This document shows positions 1 to 12,751 of a stretch of 64,000 nucleotides of DNA, piece by piece. The notes under the pieces are model-generated. The model had not been told where the DNA came from and did no database searches. It was given only the letters and a program-made list of their open reading frames with translations. Each line of letters opens with the position of its first letter. Positions within the stretch are counted from its first letter, which is position 1. The DNA lies in NCBI GenBank assembly GCA_965637545.1, contig OZ281498.1:17794001-17858000 (forward strand), written 5' to 3'. The position numbers and the translations under genes are program-made. The stretch is from Phallusia mammillata (Eukaryota).

Positions 1-384
1 ACTGTGCATTACAAACGTTCTAAAAAAAACGAAAACTATTTTTCAAGCAACATAATCAGACTGAAATATACATATTAATGTACATTCATTGGCCGGTGCT
101 GATATTCATTGGCCGGTTAATGGGAAAATATTGTCTGTTCTTAGTTGTTTGTGCCATAAACAGTGATCGTAAATGACCATGCTGTCTGTTGGAGGGTCTG
201 ATATGTTGGGTTTAGTATAATCACTCTTTGTCGATCCTGTTTTTTGAATTTGAAAAAAATCCCTAGTGTCACAATGTTTCAACCCTGGTGGTGACCAAAT
301 TATAAAGACCCTTGTGTGTGGTACAACTTAGAGGATTTTTACATAGCGTATGATGGTTTGATATTCAGCAAACTTGTGTTTCAG

Positions 385-467
385 GGCGGAGAACAGTTGG
401 TGGCGAGGCCAGAACAAACGAACTCTTGAAGTCGGAACATTTCCTCGCAAAATTGCACATAACCTAT
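385..467 (+). CDS. TNK2: ACK1/TNK2-like kinase, exon encoding the C-terminal half of the SH3 domain
   Basis: Acceptor ttcag| at 384 and donor |gtaagc at 468. Translates [27 protein letters not shown], matching the ACK1 SH3 segment [21 protein letters not shown] as recalled. Phase 2 in, phase 1 out, which fits the next exon. Confidence 0.93.
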
Positions 468-642
468 GTAAGCGAAGATGACATGTTAGGACTACCTGCA
501 CAAAACCTATGACTTCAATTAAGGCTAAAATTGTTAAGCCTTTTTCAATGCGAACTTTACATTTAGATTAGTACTTATAAATTTATTAGTCACATCTTTT
601 GATACAATTTGTCCCAGCAATGCTATTCCTATGCATTTCTAG

Positions 643-757
643 CTGACGACTTTGGTTCTAGCGACATCAGTTTGCCGTTAAAACATTCCTTTGTTCACAC
701 GGGACACGGAAGTATCGACCCGGAACAAAGCTGGGGGGATCCGGACAAGATTGACGA
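643..757 (+). CDS. TNK2: ACK1/TNK2-like kinase, CRIB (Cdc42-binding) exon
   Basis: Acceptor tttctag| and donor |gtgagt. Translates [39 protein letters not shown], matching the ACK CRIB DISQPLQNSFIHTGHG...WGFPDRIDE. Phase 1 in, phase 2 out. Confidence 0.95.
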
Positions 758-3700
758 GTGAGTTTCTGTGACGTTTATTTCATTTTATACCGGTCTGCTA
801 TCACCACTATTTGAACGAATTTAAGTATGAGTTTAGGACAGATTTAACAACTGTAATATTACTATGTTGCGCTTTTCAGTGCTTGAAACATGTGATAAAA
901 AAATTGGGGAAAAAAATCTAATGCAAACGCCTTTTTTTGCATTAACTGCTGGAAGATAAGTTACTATTTTTGCCACAAGTATTGCGTTTCATTAATTGTT
1001 ATGTCAAGACTGAAACAAATTACCAAGGTTTTCAGCCGTAGGCACGTACATTGCTTTTTGGTGTCCCGCTTTTAGCTTGCCGCCGGAGGGCAATAAAGAG
1101 CTTTTTTGTGCTCCCTATGAGTGTAAAACCTACAAAACTATAAAAACCACAAAAAACATTTATGGCTTACTAGCTAACTCTAAAATTCCAAACCTTTTCA
1201 AGGATTGCGTGTTTCTTAAAACAGCCAATTTGTCGGTCGTTAAGTGGTCCTTTACAAATATCTTTTTGCACATGTTGAATGTTACAAGGTTTTTGCCGTT
1301 TTTCCTTTTTTGTCTTTGGGGAATTTTTGCATTTCGTAACTTCAAAAACCACCTTTCTTGTAATTTCGCCAAAAGATTAGCAGAGAACATCGCATTTTCC
1401 CCAAAATTGATTCCAAATCTAGGCACGAAAGTGAACCTGGGGTGATAACCATCAATACAATAACAAACACTTTGCCAAAAATTCTCACAACATTGTACAG
1501 TCCTATCCCGATTTTGTACTGGGGGTTTTACGGTGTGGTGATAGCAACTATAAGAAACATATGCGGTTTCTTAAAACAGCTTTTTAGATAAGTGTTTTCC
1601 AACCACTATATGCACTGCTACCCTGTGCTGAGAAAGTTTCAAGTGTCGCACAAAAAACGGTTTTTCAATTGCAACTATCATGAAATGTTTTATGCCGTGA
1701 TGACAAAATACAGGGGTACTATTCGACGCTAGACCTCTATTTTAGTTTTATTCGTAAACAAAGTAAACAAAATAAAACCGATCATATTAAAGTTGCAATT
1801 TAATTCCTTTAAACATTTTTGTTGCAAAGTGTTTCTCGAAAAAAAAAATTGTTTGTTTGTGTGCGGCAACTTAAAAAGGCTGAAAAACAATGCTCTATTT
1901 AAATTTATCACCCGTTGAAAAGTGTACGTGCTAGCCAACAACAGCAGTACAAAGCCTATTACAGACCAATGCGACTGTGTTGCTTCCGATTACCTTTTTA
2001 CTTTAATTACTCTTCTTCTTTAAGGCTCTCATTAAGCTTGATTGGAAGATCCTAACCGGCTTGATTTTAAACTGGGCACCATTTTGCAGCATTTCACTAG
2101 TTTTCTGGTCCGCGTACAACTCTGGGTTATTGTTTGGGACAAAATGTAAGACGTTGTTTCGTATTTTTAGGAACTACAGAAAAGTGTCTAACCCCATTTA
2201 TTTGCATAAGGTTTGGGTTGTTTAAATTGATGAAATCCTCTTGTATTTACGCCGTTGTTTTCACGCACCTACTTACAAACCTCAGATTTCCAATTTGTAG
2301 ATTAAATAGGGTGTAAACCGCCGCTGAACCTTTACATTGATTTTACGTGTGCTACCAAAAATCCCTCAGATTGCCTGTTAAAGCTGTTTATGCAAAACCT
2401 TATTGTTGTGTAACAAATGGGCATATGCGACGCAAGCTAATGTAAATCGTTTTACCGCAAGCTTGTGCGTAGGACGACGTTGTTCCGTCGCCCGCTTTCA
2501 GAGAATTTACATTTCCTCCCTGTGGAAAGCCGTCACTTCCCATCAACTCTTACCACATGCCCGGACTTTTCACCCGCGTACGCTTCACTGGTGACGTGGT
2601 ACAGTCATTTTTTGAGGGCGTAAAGTGGGCGCGGTTTGTACGAGTATGTTGGGTGTTTTTACGCAAAGCTTTGGGAATATAACCTGTGACGTTGATAAAA
2701 GACCCAATTTTAAATGATATTCGTTTGGTTTAGCATCTTATATGTAGTGTATTGGGGAGAAATGAAATACTTTTGAATTGTTAAGTGAGGAATTCGTCGT
2801 TAAAGTTGAGAACCACTGTGCTAAAGCTTTTGAACCGTGTTTCGTTCATTCTGCCGGAAAAGTAATACTTGACTGCCGTATGTAATATTAGACCTACATA
2901 ATGTGTATTTTAAAACTTTCAAACGTATTTTTGTTCTACCTTGAAAAAAAATGCGAATTTGGTTACACAAGAAAAAGTGACATTTTTTTTTCAACTGCGG
3001 TTGTAACTGTTTGTGAACTTTGGGACTAACCGTGTCAAGATCGATGTAAACAATACCGGTATTTGTAATCTAGTTTTGCTTTACATAATGTTTTGGATGC
3101 CAAACAAATCCTTTAACACACTGAAATATGGTTTATAGCCCTTCATTTACTAAGAAACGTCCTCACAACAACAGTTGTCCTGCGTCTGTAGGAAGGAAGG
3201 ATGTTATACTGTGGCGTAATAGTTGTTCAGCATACACGTAGAGTTGTTATGTCCGCTGTCACACAGGAATCTCCCTGTCATTTGATGCAAATCAATCTGA
3301 CTCAAACCAAGGAATTGCCGTTTCCTCCAATTGCTCACAAACGTGCTCATCCACGCTCACTCTTCCACTTGCCTCTGATTGGTCAAGCACCGATCACGTG
3401 GTTGCCCAATTGACAGTTCACACGAGCCTCAGTTCACTTGGAGCGGTTTTTGCTTTGCTTGCTATGTGTTTGGGCATGCACAAGCTCCCAGGGTGCAATT
3501 ATAACCACTATGAGCTATATTACACGTGTCGTGTACGCTGTCTCGATACCGTAGTTTATGTGCGAAGCATGGATTTTCTTTGTGTGTTGAGAATGTGCTA
3601 GCGGTGCCCGAAGCGCTTAAAGAACATTGTGGGCAGCCAACCACGAAACTTTAACGAAACTGATAATTAAAGAAAGTTTGAATTTTAAAGTATCGTTAAA

Positions 3701-3859
3701 ACCACTGGACCCAAAACAACAGCTGTTTGAATTAATAACCGTTTAAGTCTTTAATCCCTTCGGTTTAAACAATCTTTAAACTTAGCTGGTTTCCATTTAC
3801 TTGGTTAAAACCTTGTCTAACGTCGGTATATATGCTTGAAAACAACATGTTTACCGTAC

Positions 3860-4177
3860 GACCAAGTATTGCTCATCCAGCAGTTTTATTGTAAACAATC
3901 GACGTTTCGACGTCCTATACAAGACGCCTTCATCAGGATAATGACATAACTTGCAGGACAAATTTCTTTTAAAGCGACAAAATGCAAAACACACACATGT
4001 AAACAAAGCATTTTGTGCAAAATTTAAGTTACTTGATGAAAACAATGGGTTTGCGGGTTGCTTGTTTTCGTTGGACATCTTTTACATTCCATGTAATGCG
4101 TACATTTACAAATAATATTAATGAACTAAACACATAACTTTATTTTTAAAAAGTCCTTTCTGAAACCTTATTCAAAT
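3860..4177 (-). mobile_element. Truncated Penelope-like retroelement 3' end or retrozyme-like insertion
   Basis: ~318-bp segment flanked by the direct repeat ATGTTTACCGTAC (3847-3859 and 4178-4190). On the minus strand it ends with hammerhead, AATAAA and a short tail. Confidence 0.55.
3895..3942 (-). ncRNA. Minimal type-I hammerhead ribozyme motif (Penelope-like element type)
   Basis: The minus strand reads AUUAUC-CUGAUGA-A-GGCGUC-UUGUAUAG-GACGUC-GAAA-CGUC-GAUUGU. Core CUGAUGA and GAAA are present, with a 6-bp stem II and a palindromic loop-less stem III (ACGU). The GUC cleavage triplet has C17 at 3901, and stem I pairs AUC/GAU. Confidence 0.72.
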
Positions 4178-6669
4178 ATGTTTACCGTACATAGCGCCTC
4201 TAAGATGAAGTGTTTTACCATTTGAATAATGTAGCTTTGTATTATTTATACCCTAAGCGTATTTGTTTGTATTGTACCATTATTGCCCCCCCCCCCATGT
4301 TTATAGGGATAATGCGTAATTGGATGTTGAAGCTTGGTTGCAACTGGTTTTAAGAATCCATTTTATCAGCGCTATTCATTAGCTTCCTTCCGGGACTGGT
4401 GACTTAAATGTTGCCCCGATTAATGGAAATCAAACGACAATTGAAAATCATTGTATGTCCTATCACTGCTTTCTACTTAAATGTTCGGTGGTCGGTAATC
4501 GAATTGGATTGTAAACAATATGTTTTGCTGGAGAATCGCACATCGTTTCTCTTGTATGCGAAAGGTAATGGAAAGGTTTTCACATTAACTAACTGCCTAA
4601 ATTAGGGTTTCTTAATCTGGGGTCTATTGATTCCTTATGGGCCCGTACTCAGATTGTTTATGAAACCCATTCATTGCACATTTGAAACAATATTTAGCTA
4701 AATCGCACCTTTTTTGTCGTTTATGCGTTGTTTTTGTCGTAATTTAAGGGGACGTGAACAAAAATGTTAAAAATTTTTGCCATAAATTTGGGCTTTTTTC
4801 AACTTCCGATTTTTATAGTTTTGTGTGCTTTTTCTTGTCGAGGTCAAACAAATTGAGAGACGTTAACTATGTGCTGGTAGTACCATACGATCTCGCTGGC
4901 TTTTAATGTGGTAAACGCAGAGTTCGCTGTGTCAAAAGACAGATGCCTTGTGTGGTGTGCTGTTTTATGTCTTGTTTTTTTCCAGTTAACTTTTATGTCA
5001 GTTATGGTTAAGCTCTATACCTTTGGATTTTAACGTTCGGATTAGACTCTTTTTACTGCGCCGAGTAAGTAGACGAAGACGTCGTCTCTTCAATTTTTTT
5101 AGCATTTCTGTATCGAAATCAGGTTGTTTTTGTCTCAACTACGGTTTACCAACCTCCTTGATTAATGCCCATAGCATCATCTGATGTATTGTATAACCCA
5201 CGGCCACAAATTGTATCGAACACCTAGAGGTGTCTAATTTGTCAAAAGTTAAAATTCCTTGATTTAAACAAAAACATTAAAACTACAGTTAAAAAACTTC
5301 ACGGAACTATATGGTACACGTACAAATCATGTAGCAAGAGTATAACGGACCATCAAACACTTTGTGCTGAAAGGAATATTGTTTTGCCGGAGAAATTATG
5401 TCGAAAAGTCAAAAACAGCAGTAAAACATTATTTTCGGTATTAGCAAAGTAGACATATTGGATGTAAATCCCTTTGTGTACTGTTATATAATACAGTAGC
5501 TCACGAACCCAATACAGCGTGTGGTCCGGTTAGCCACAAGCCTGCGTCAAGGTGGTTTAGTAAGGCTAACATGTAAGCCATGCTTTAACCAGTGTTTAAT
5601 AATTGTGGTCACTAATACCATAGCCTGATGAAAACTGTGTGGTATAAATTCTGTTTAGCAAAAGGGGAGGCAGTAGGGTTTAATTTGCATTCCAAAAAAG
5701 GCTGCATCGCAAACAGGGAATTTTTGAACTATATGTTAGCATATTTGGTTCGTAAAGTTATTGATAGGAATTTTTCGTTGTAAAAACAGCTTTGGCTCGC
5801 TTGAATACGAAATTTTTTTTGTAACACTACTTTATGTCTTTTTAATCAAATTTTAATATGTTTTGCCCACCAGTAAAAAACTATACTTTTTTTGCAACTG
5901 CGGGACATCTGTATGTCAATTAAAAAAAATTGCAGTTGATATAATATAAAAACAAACGCTTACGTAGATCAAAAAGGATTATAACATACCAATATAATTC
6001 ACCCAGTACAGCAATAAAACAGCTGGAGTTGACAAAAGTTGCTCAAAACGTGTTGGTTTTATTGAATATCTATCTTAAAATTTAACTGTCTGTAGTATAT
6101 AGCCCAAATAGATTTTGCCTGTGAAATATTGGTCTTCAAATTACCATGCATATTATCTCCTTCAGTTTCACCCATTGATTGTTCGTACAATACATTTGTT
6201 CGTGCTCGGGTGTAGTGTTCCACACAACGAAATTGGACGAAAATTGAACGGTACATCCATCATCACAATTCATTTACTTGGTCTTACGCAATAGGGAGAA
6301 TCGAGCTGTCTAAAGTGCTTTTCACAGCTGTGGTCTGGTCGCACAAAATCTGCTTTCTCGAAGAAAATCATTAAAACTTTTGATGAATCACGAAATTTGT
6401 TATGTGATGTATCACGCAGTTGAGTCGATGATGTACGGGTCCTGTAACTTTGAATATTTTTTGCAAATATTAATCATTTGGTTCATATACCGACCAAGAA
6501 CGCTTTCACTTCATTTACTCTCAAACATTTTTACTCTTTTTTACCCATAATCACACGAAAGTATATAATCGCAAATCCTGTTGTGACAATTCAAAATCAA
6601 ACTGCCGTGTCAGTTACTATGCTAAACAGAAGTCACAAGGAAAGTTTGGATGATAAAATCATCAAAAGT

Positions 6670-6716
6670 GCCTGGGGACCCCTTTGGAGGTCGCGACCAG
6701 TAGGTTGAGAAACATG
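6670..6716. mobile_element. Solo degenerate hAT right end
   Basis: GGGGACCCC...GGTCGCGACCAGTAGGTTGAGAAACATG resembles the GGTTGAGAACCACTG TIR with a subterminal GGTCGCGACC. A similar solo end GTTGAGAACCACTG is at 2805-2818. No partner end was found for either. Confidence 0.4.
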
Positions 6717-8480
6717 CTCTTCAAGGTTTCATTTAATAAAAAATGACTTAAATGAAGTATAACTTTTTAAACTATTGCAAGGCCTTTTAAAGTATATGTC
6801 CGACAATGCCCTTAATGCTTATTTGGTTGGTGTTCTGGGGTGAATTCTTTAAGTAAAAAATTCAAATTTATAGACTTGTTTTTAACTAATCTAAATCTTA
6901 ACTGCAAAATATAAATATTAGGATGTCGTATTGTTTGTGGCGTTCACTAAAAACTATAAAGTATTGGGTGCGAAATACTTTTTTGTAACGCTTTTGATGT
7001 GTTTTGATCAACAAATGGTTTCCATGCAAAATATTAGTTAATTGATCCCTACGTCACAACATAAGCACTGACGCGGACTAGTTACTGCCCGTCATCCCTT
7101 AAAACAAGGGTTAGGATCTGGATGGAACCACCATTTTTATAGTGCAAGACTGTTACGTTTGGTAAAGCTACTAATATAACAACTCACAGGGACAAAGTTT
7201 GTAAATACCTAAAAAAGCGCCATAAAAGGCATTGACCAGAGTGTTGACTTTGGTCAGTAAAGCGGTTAGAAACTAAGTTAGTTTTAACTTTATTTTTAAA
7301 AAATTGTTTTTATCTTAAGTCAAATATCTATAACCGTGAGATTTTTTGAAATTTCAGTGGAAATAATCACCGGTGCTCTTTGCGCCATCTATCGATATTT
7401 ACTGCACCTTTAATATAAGTTCTCTATGTTGTTGTAATTTCCGTTTCATTGTATGTTCAGCTGCCAATCACATATGTTCCTTTTGAGTCATTTCCTGCTT
7501 AGCGGCTTTTGACCCAATACGACTCATAATTGTTTTTCCTGTGCGACTTCTCAATTGGGGTTAAGGCGATTAAAGCGACGGACATTGTAACGGCTGTGAC
7601 ATTACTGTGGGGAGAATTGGTCCTCATCTCATTTCGTCTTACGCAACTTTACACGTAGCACAGTAGCACCTATTGTGAATTATCGATCATTTCCGAAGCC
7701 TTGTCGCCCATTGGACTACGAATTTTCGCTCCAGTGATCGAGTTTTGTGGTAAACATATTTGTGGCGCCTTTCGTTTGTTGTTTAACAGTTCTATACGCC
7801 TTGCTTTGGCGGTATAATTTGATTCGGTTCTTTTGTAGTGTTTAGTAAATATTTTATCAAAAGCGTTGCGGAGTTGCACTGTTCCAATTTATGCTACTGC
7901 TCCTTGTTACGAGCTACCGGTATCCTACGAAAAGTTAAATTAACGCTGAATCTGTTTAATAAATATAACGCTAGATGTGTGCAAATGTGGACTCTTAAAA
8001 AACTAAATACTGCCCAGTTTAAGTAGAAAATAACGCCATTTCTAGGAATTTGTTAACATATCAACGATATTGATGCGTATTATTTCTGCGATTGTTCAAC
8101 AATAGCCTAAACTACAGTCAAAACATTATGAAAAAATACATACCCAATGATTTGATGATTACCGAAAGTCCTGTAACGTTTCGGATATTTTGCACCGAAC
8201 GTATTCCTGCTTTAGATAGTTTTGTTTCGCAAAAAGTCAATTCCATTCAATTAAATGCCCGATTGCTACAAAACCAGTTGCAAAAAATTCATCACCTTTT
8301 TAATTTAGCATACCTTCACCTCGGCACCTTTGACCTTTAATGACCCCGCACATACGCAAGTCGGTTAACGGATCTTCACATCTACTTGTGTTTATTTGTT
8401 TGCACGCGCCGGTGTTGACCTGTTTGCGTGTTGTTTCGTCACGCAACGGCATTGTGTCGTAATGGCTGTGCACTGCGCAG

Positions 8481-8650
8481 ATTGTATCTCAATAATCCGA
8501 TGGAACCACCCGATCTTATCGACATGACAACCGTCCTTGACGAAGTCGAACGCGCCGAGGAGGAGAGGGAGGAGCAAGAGCAGGAGGAGCGCCGGAAGGG
8601 GAGATCACGTGATCGCACCAAGGAGCCCTCCGCCGCCCCTGCGGAGACCG
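8481..8650 (+). CDS. TNK2: ACK1/TNK2-like kinase, exon completing the CRIB region plus an acidic/basic linker
   Basis: GA|A completes Glu, then LYLNNPMEPPDLIDMTTVLDEVERAEEEREEQEQEERRKGRSRDRTKEPSAAPAET (ACK1: ELYLGNPMDPPDLL). Consensus donor G|gtaagt at 8651, phase 1 out. The acceptor has a weak pyrimidine tract. Confidence 0.92.
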
Positions 8651-11600
8651 GTAAGTGCTAGGAAATGCCTTGGCATTAATTTTTGTCAAGGAAATGTTGC
8701 CAGATGTGGATTTGGAACCTGTTTGTGAATGTGTGTGTGCGCTGTGTGTCTGCGATGCAATAGGATGACAAATTGCATAAAAAGGATCGAATCACAAAGC
8801 CAAAACAGCCTTTAATCCAAGAATTGTTTTCTGTGATAGTAACTGGTTACTTCTAGTTCTATGTATATGTTTATTGATACAAACTAAAGTTAAAATATGT
8901 ATACAGTGAATACAGAAGGGGGCATATTATTCCCAAAAGCTAGCATCGTTTTGCACACTTCAGTTTGTTGTAGTAAATTCCAAGAAAAGTTGGGCTGAAA
9001 ATTCTCAGAACGCGAACTTGTTAAGTTCAGTCGCAAAAGAAACGCTTTCCGGAGCCAAAGGAGAAAAAAATTGCTTCTAATCAGAAAACGAGCATTTAAC
9101 TTATGTTTTCAATGAAAAACGATTTCCTTATTCTTACCCAGAAGGTTCTGCTCCCAGTATAAAACAATCACTTATGTGGTGTATGAAAAACGCCTCTTTC
9201 GTAAGGAGAAAAACGACTTGAAATTAGCACAACTGGTGGTAAAACACCAGTTGACACCAAAACACCAAAACACCAAAAACGTTTTTTTTTCTGACACCTA
9301 CACAAAAAATGTTTTAATTTGCAGAAATGGTAAAAACTTTTCTGGTGTTACAACATAAAAATACCTTTTTCTGGCACTGAAGAGAAAAGTCTTGCTTCTA
9401 ATTAGCAAAACGGATGTTGTCATTTAAAAATTTTTTTTACACCCAAAGATAAACAATTTAGTCCCAATACCCAAACAGGGTTGTAACATCAAAAAAGGCC
9501 AATTCTTGCCAACAAAGAGAAAAAAAATCTGATCTTAATCACAAAATGGAGTTGGCTTTAATTATTAATGCCGGATACTGGGGAATTCGCAACTTCTGCT
9601 GCCAGCCACAAAAGTTTCGCCAATGGGTAATTGCGGCGTCCGGATGCTTGTTTCCTAATTAGGGTCTCGATAAAGTCGGATGTGGGTGTGCCAAGTTAAT
9701 TGATTTTTTTGTCTAACATTTTGGAACGCGCGCTGACATTTTACCAGCTGTTTTACTTGGTACACGCCATGTTGAAATTGTTGCATCCAAAATGTGAAAA
9801 AGGAGAATATTTTTGTTTGGAGAGAATATTGTTCTTGTGTTTTTATAGTTTGGTGTTTTTTTTATTAAATTTGGGAAAGACTGATGATCTTCCGAATTTG
9901 GCCTGGATATTGTATATTTATTGTACATATGATTTAGTTGTTTTATGAACAATGAGAACTTTACAAAATTTCGTTTCAGGTGAAGACAACCTCAATGTAA
10001 AAACGTCCAATTAAAAGTTTTTTTTTAAGTCTTGACAAAATGTCAACTTAGTTTTCCGAAAAACTGTTAAAAAAGTTGTAGAGTCTTACAACGCACCAAC
10101 AATAAGTGTCACAAACAATATTGTGATCACAAATACAAACTGGACAGTCGATTGTGGTCATCTGTCCATCACTTGTCCGTTCTACGTCATACGCGTCTCC
10201 TCAAAGCAGCTCAAGGCGCATTTCAATTTTCTGCGTTTGTTTGCAGTCCGCGTGAACTAGGTCTTTAATCGCCGTGGCCGCTCTATCGCAAGTTTTTATC
10301 ATAACATCAGCTTCGCACGCTATCCTGTACGCCGGTTACGTCCGAAACCCAAAGAGTGATGTCAATATGTCGCTTCGCCGTTGAAACGAACTGTCAAACG
10401 GCGCTGATCTCAACACGCCAAGTGGTAATGCATTGGATACGCGATTTACGCTTTGGGGTGGGTTGCGCTGCTCCGTGGTTAAGCTGTTTATGTTCAGTAT
10501 GCGTACACCATGCTAACGGCTATAACAGACCCTGGTTTGTCTTTCCATATGGACTACTTTATACACATTACTGCGGTTGACACACTAATGTACATAGGAA
10601 AATAATGGCTGCTCAATAAAATGATGTTTGGTTACTGCTGGGTTATACGAAGTTGTGAATAGTGATGGTAATTTGCATCGGACTGTACTTGCATTAGCTG
10701 ACTTCCTCATACGGGTAGTTAAAGAACCGACCGAGTATTTTTATTGTACACTGTACAATGTACAGAACAGTTGTATTGTGTCTATTTTTGAATGTACACA
10801 AACTGCTGGTCGGTAGCGGCGCTAGTGAGTCAGATTAATCAATACTGATCATTAAAACCCAAAAACGAATCCCATTGACACATTTCGAATACTTATTTTT
10901 TTACCATCCAGCTTTATGATTTACTTAAAGAACCTAATATGGAGTTAAACACCTGCCCTTTATGTCTCAAAGATTTATTCAGTGTTTCTTTTTCTAATTT
11001 CTATAAAACGTTTTGCCGAGCTGTTTTTCACGTGACTCAATCCAATGACCTTGCACCAGATTTGCATAAGAATACTTATTTCGTGATGTAAGACTTGTCA
11101 CGTAACATAAGTAACTACTGATTCATCTATCTTTGCGAACGTGACCATTGCATTGTAACCATGACACAACACTAATTGCACTTACTTTTTGCTTAAAGAC
11201 CATGTCAAAACACGAATTGTTATGAGGCTGTAGTATCTTACGTCTTGAATTTATGACTTTTTTCAATGCGGTATTATTGTTGTATTTTTAGATATTTGTT
11301 GGACGTAAAGTTGTGTTGTCTTGTTGGTGCTAGATTTATGGGTTTGAGTAATTTCTCCTTTCTGTGTCATCTAGTTCCAATAGCAATTTACAAACTTTTG
11401 GACAAACCTTAGTAATAATACCCACACGCCTACACTATAAAATACCCTTCCTCATTTATTACGATATGGTTAAGCACACAATGCCTGGCGGGTGTTTCCT
11501 GTTGCCATTTCTTATGCTCAATCTATTTGTTGCGCGTTAAAGCGGAACAGGTTTATTAATTTTTTTACAAATTCATAGCGTATCGCAGCTGCGCAAAGAA

Positions 11601-11869
11601 ACCTTGCGAAAGTCATTGTCTAATTTTAAAAAGCTCTGAGTGACATTGTGTAAGTTTTGAGTTGTTTTTGTATGGGTGGTTGCATATGAGAACCTGTCGG
11701 TCATTTAGGCATGCATGTACTTTGGTTTTTATGTAAGATTTAAAGTTTTTGTAAATATCGACCCCCATATTCTTTGCATATATGTAAAAAAATTATGGCT
11801 TTTGCGTAATACTATACTGTCGTACATTAACGTGATATTCCTGAAAACATCTACGTGATCAATCTTTGT

Positions 11870-12030
11870 TTTTACCTGTGACGTCAAGATTGCTACGTCA
11901 TAAATATCCGCTGCCGGCTTTTCACTTTAGTCACTAAAGCGTGATTTATGTATATTGGTGCAGTGCGAAAGTGACGTGCAAACGATGTTAGTTGCGCAAC
12001 GTGCATGACGTCATGGGCGATGACGTCATT
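11870..12030. promoter_or_regulatory. CRE/C-EBP motif cluster (candidate enhancer or promoter)
   Basis: TGACGTCA at 11879, 12006 and 12021, near-CREs (TACGTCA, TGACGTG), and a TTGCGCAA C/EBP palindrome near 11992. Confidence 0.5.
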
Positions 12031-12127
12031 CCACAAATACAAATTAAATCTATATTATGTTTTTCTGTTTCCTATTAATATAAGGGATTGTATTCAGTTT
12101 GCAAAAAATGAAAACCTCAACCTAAAC

Positions 12128-12423
12128 CAGTGGTTCTCAACCTTTTTTCTTTCGCGGCCCACTTTCATTGCAAAAAAAATTCTGTGGCCCAGTAAATTTT
12201 TAAGATAGAAAGAAATCAACTATAAAATAGGTTCAGAACAAAAAACAAAACAAAAACATTCCTTCTCAATTCCTCCCCAAGTCATTATTCTTATAAAGTT
12301 GAGTGTAGTGACACAAATGAAAGTAAATTCTTAAAAAAGCTTTCTATTTGGTTGGTCTGTGGCCCAATCAAAATGCTTCCATGGCCCACCAGAGGGCCAT
12401 GGCCCACTGGTTGAGAACCACTG
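12128..12423. mobile_element. hAT-superfamily MITE
   Basis: Perfect 15-bp TIR CAGTGGTTCTCAACC/GGTTGAGAACCACTG, perfect 8-bp TSD ACCTAAAC, subterminal GGCCC repeats. Confidence 0.92.
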
Positions 12424-12708
12424 ACCTAAACGCAATGTATCTTTTGAACGAGCCCTTCCCTCCATTCTATGCTAAAGATTACGACTCTTTTTGCTAAACG
12501 CATTGCAAGCACTCGCAATTTGAACACAAAAACAAAAAAATACGGTATCTGTGATTTTGCGTCTAAAATTTGCATTCTCACGACAGCTGGATGTTTCTAA
12601 TCAACAAAAAATAGCAACCGAGTTCCGTGGCGGAAGACCTGTTTGCATATTTGCTTTTGCTACGGAAACCGGTAGTCATGTCTTAACGGATATTAATGAA
12701 ACGTGATT

Positions 12709-12751
12709 ATGGTTGCGCTTGTTGCTCATACAACGACTAATGTTGATATCG
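12709..12751 (+). CDS. Candidate alternative first exon (MVALVAHTTTNVDI)
   Basis: ATG 12709 after an in-frame TGA. Donor TCG|gtaagg in phase 1. Lies ~700 nt downstream of the CRE cluster at 11.9-12.0 kb. Confidence 0.22.

Noticed and set aside
1077-1445. 122-aa ORF and overlapping antisense ORFs; likewise 34707-35087, 47889-48251, 50353-50739, 59955-60176 and 63032-63421
   Set aside because: They have F/K/L/C-rich compositions typical of random AT-rich DNA, mostly non-ATG starts, and no domains or splice support.
6059-6420. THAP- or transposase-like fragments on the minus strand (CEKHF; DGCTVQFSS)
   Set aside because: The resemblances are short, lie in different frames and are interrupted by stops. 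They cannot be supported without a profile search.
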